DNA of 64,000 nucleotides from Lophium mytilinum (Eukaryota), in contig MU004189.1 in the NCBI GenBank assembly GCA_010093605.1, forward strand, positions 875,834 through 939,833, read 5' to 3'. This document shows positions 63,793 to 64,000 of this stretch, one piece after another. The stretch's first letter is position 1, and every line of letters begins with the position of its first letter. The notes beneath the pieces were generated by a model, which was given only the letters and a program-made list of their open reading frames with translations, was not told the origin of the DNA and ran no database searches. The position numbers were made by a program, and so were the translations under genes.

Positions 63793-64000
63793 ATGTCTTT
63801 CTCAATCACCAAGATCCTCGTCGCGGCCCTAGCACTTGGTGCCGCCTCAGCCCTTCCAACAGAGTCGAAGTCTACGAACGCAAACTGGCAGCGGTCCGAT
63901 AATTCTACCCCTCCTGCCGTTGTCGACAATACCCAGCTGCTCATCGATATCGTGCAAGCTCCAACGGCAATCAAGAAGTTCCAGAAGATCTTGACGGTTG
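63793..64000 (+). CDS. Secreted protein, probably spherulin-1/germin-like cupin (5' part, truncated by the window end)
   Basis: Signal peptide MSFSITKILVAALALGAASA, then APTAIKKFQKILTV, which resembles the N-terminal region of fungal spherulin-like cupins. TATAAA at about 63634. The cupin core is not in the window. Confidence 0.6.
   Translation, partial: MSFSITKILVAALALGAASALPTESKSTNANWQRSDNSTPPAVVDNTQLLIDIVQAPTAIKKFQKILTV

Overview
Intron-containing filamentous ascomycete DNA (Pezizomycotina, Dothideomycete-like; the taxon is inferred). Core genes: pac2 (Gti1/Pac2 regulator), a small cytochrome b5, RPL19, the divergent pairs SPT3/DPH5 and GCN1/DHX29-like DEAH helicase, a DUF3176 protein, two F-box proteins, a cytochrome P450, a large Zn2Cys6 transcription factor, alpha-COP (COP1), an acidic hypothetical protein and the start of a secreted spherulin/cupin-like gene. 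Two accessory regions stand out. (i) 0.2-4.1 kb is duplicated and shows RIP-like decay, including a broken gene for a 54-aa-repeat protein with CCCH-like zinc fingers. (ii) 14.3-19.4 kb is a tandem array of four small orphan genes whose promoter and UTR DNA is recognisably paralogous while the proteins have diverged almost beyond recognition. Also present: a dense GGCAT motif array and a spliced in-frame uORF upstream of the Zn2Cys6 gene, a palindrome/minisatellite element near 56 kb, three GC-AG introns and an obligatory 5-nt microexon in COP1. No rRNA, tRNA or CRISPR array was found. Exon boundaries were read by eye and are unverified.
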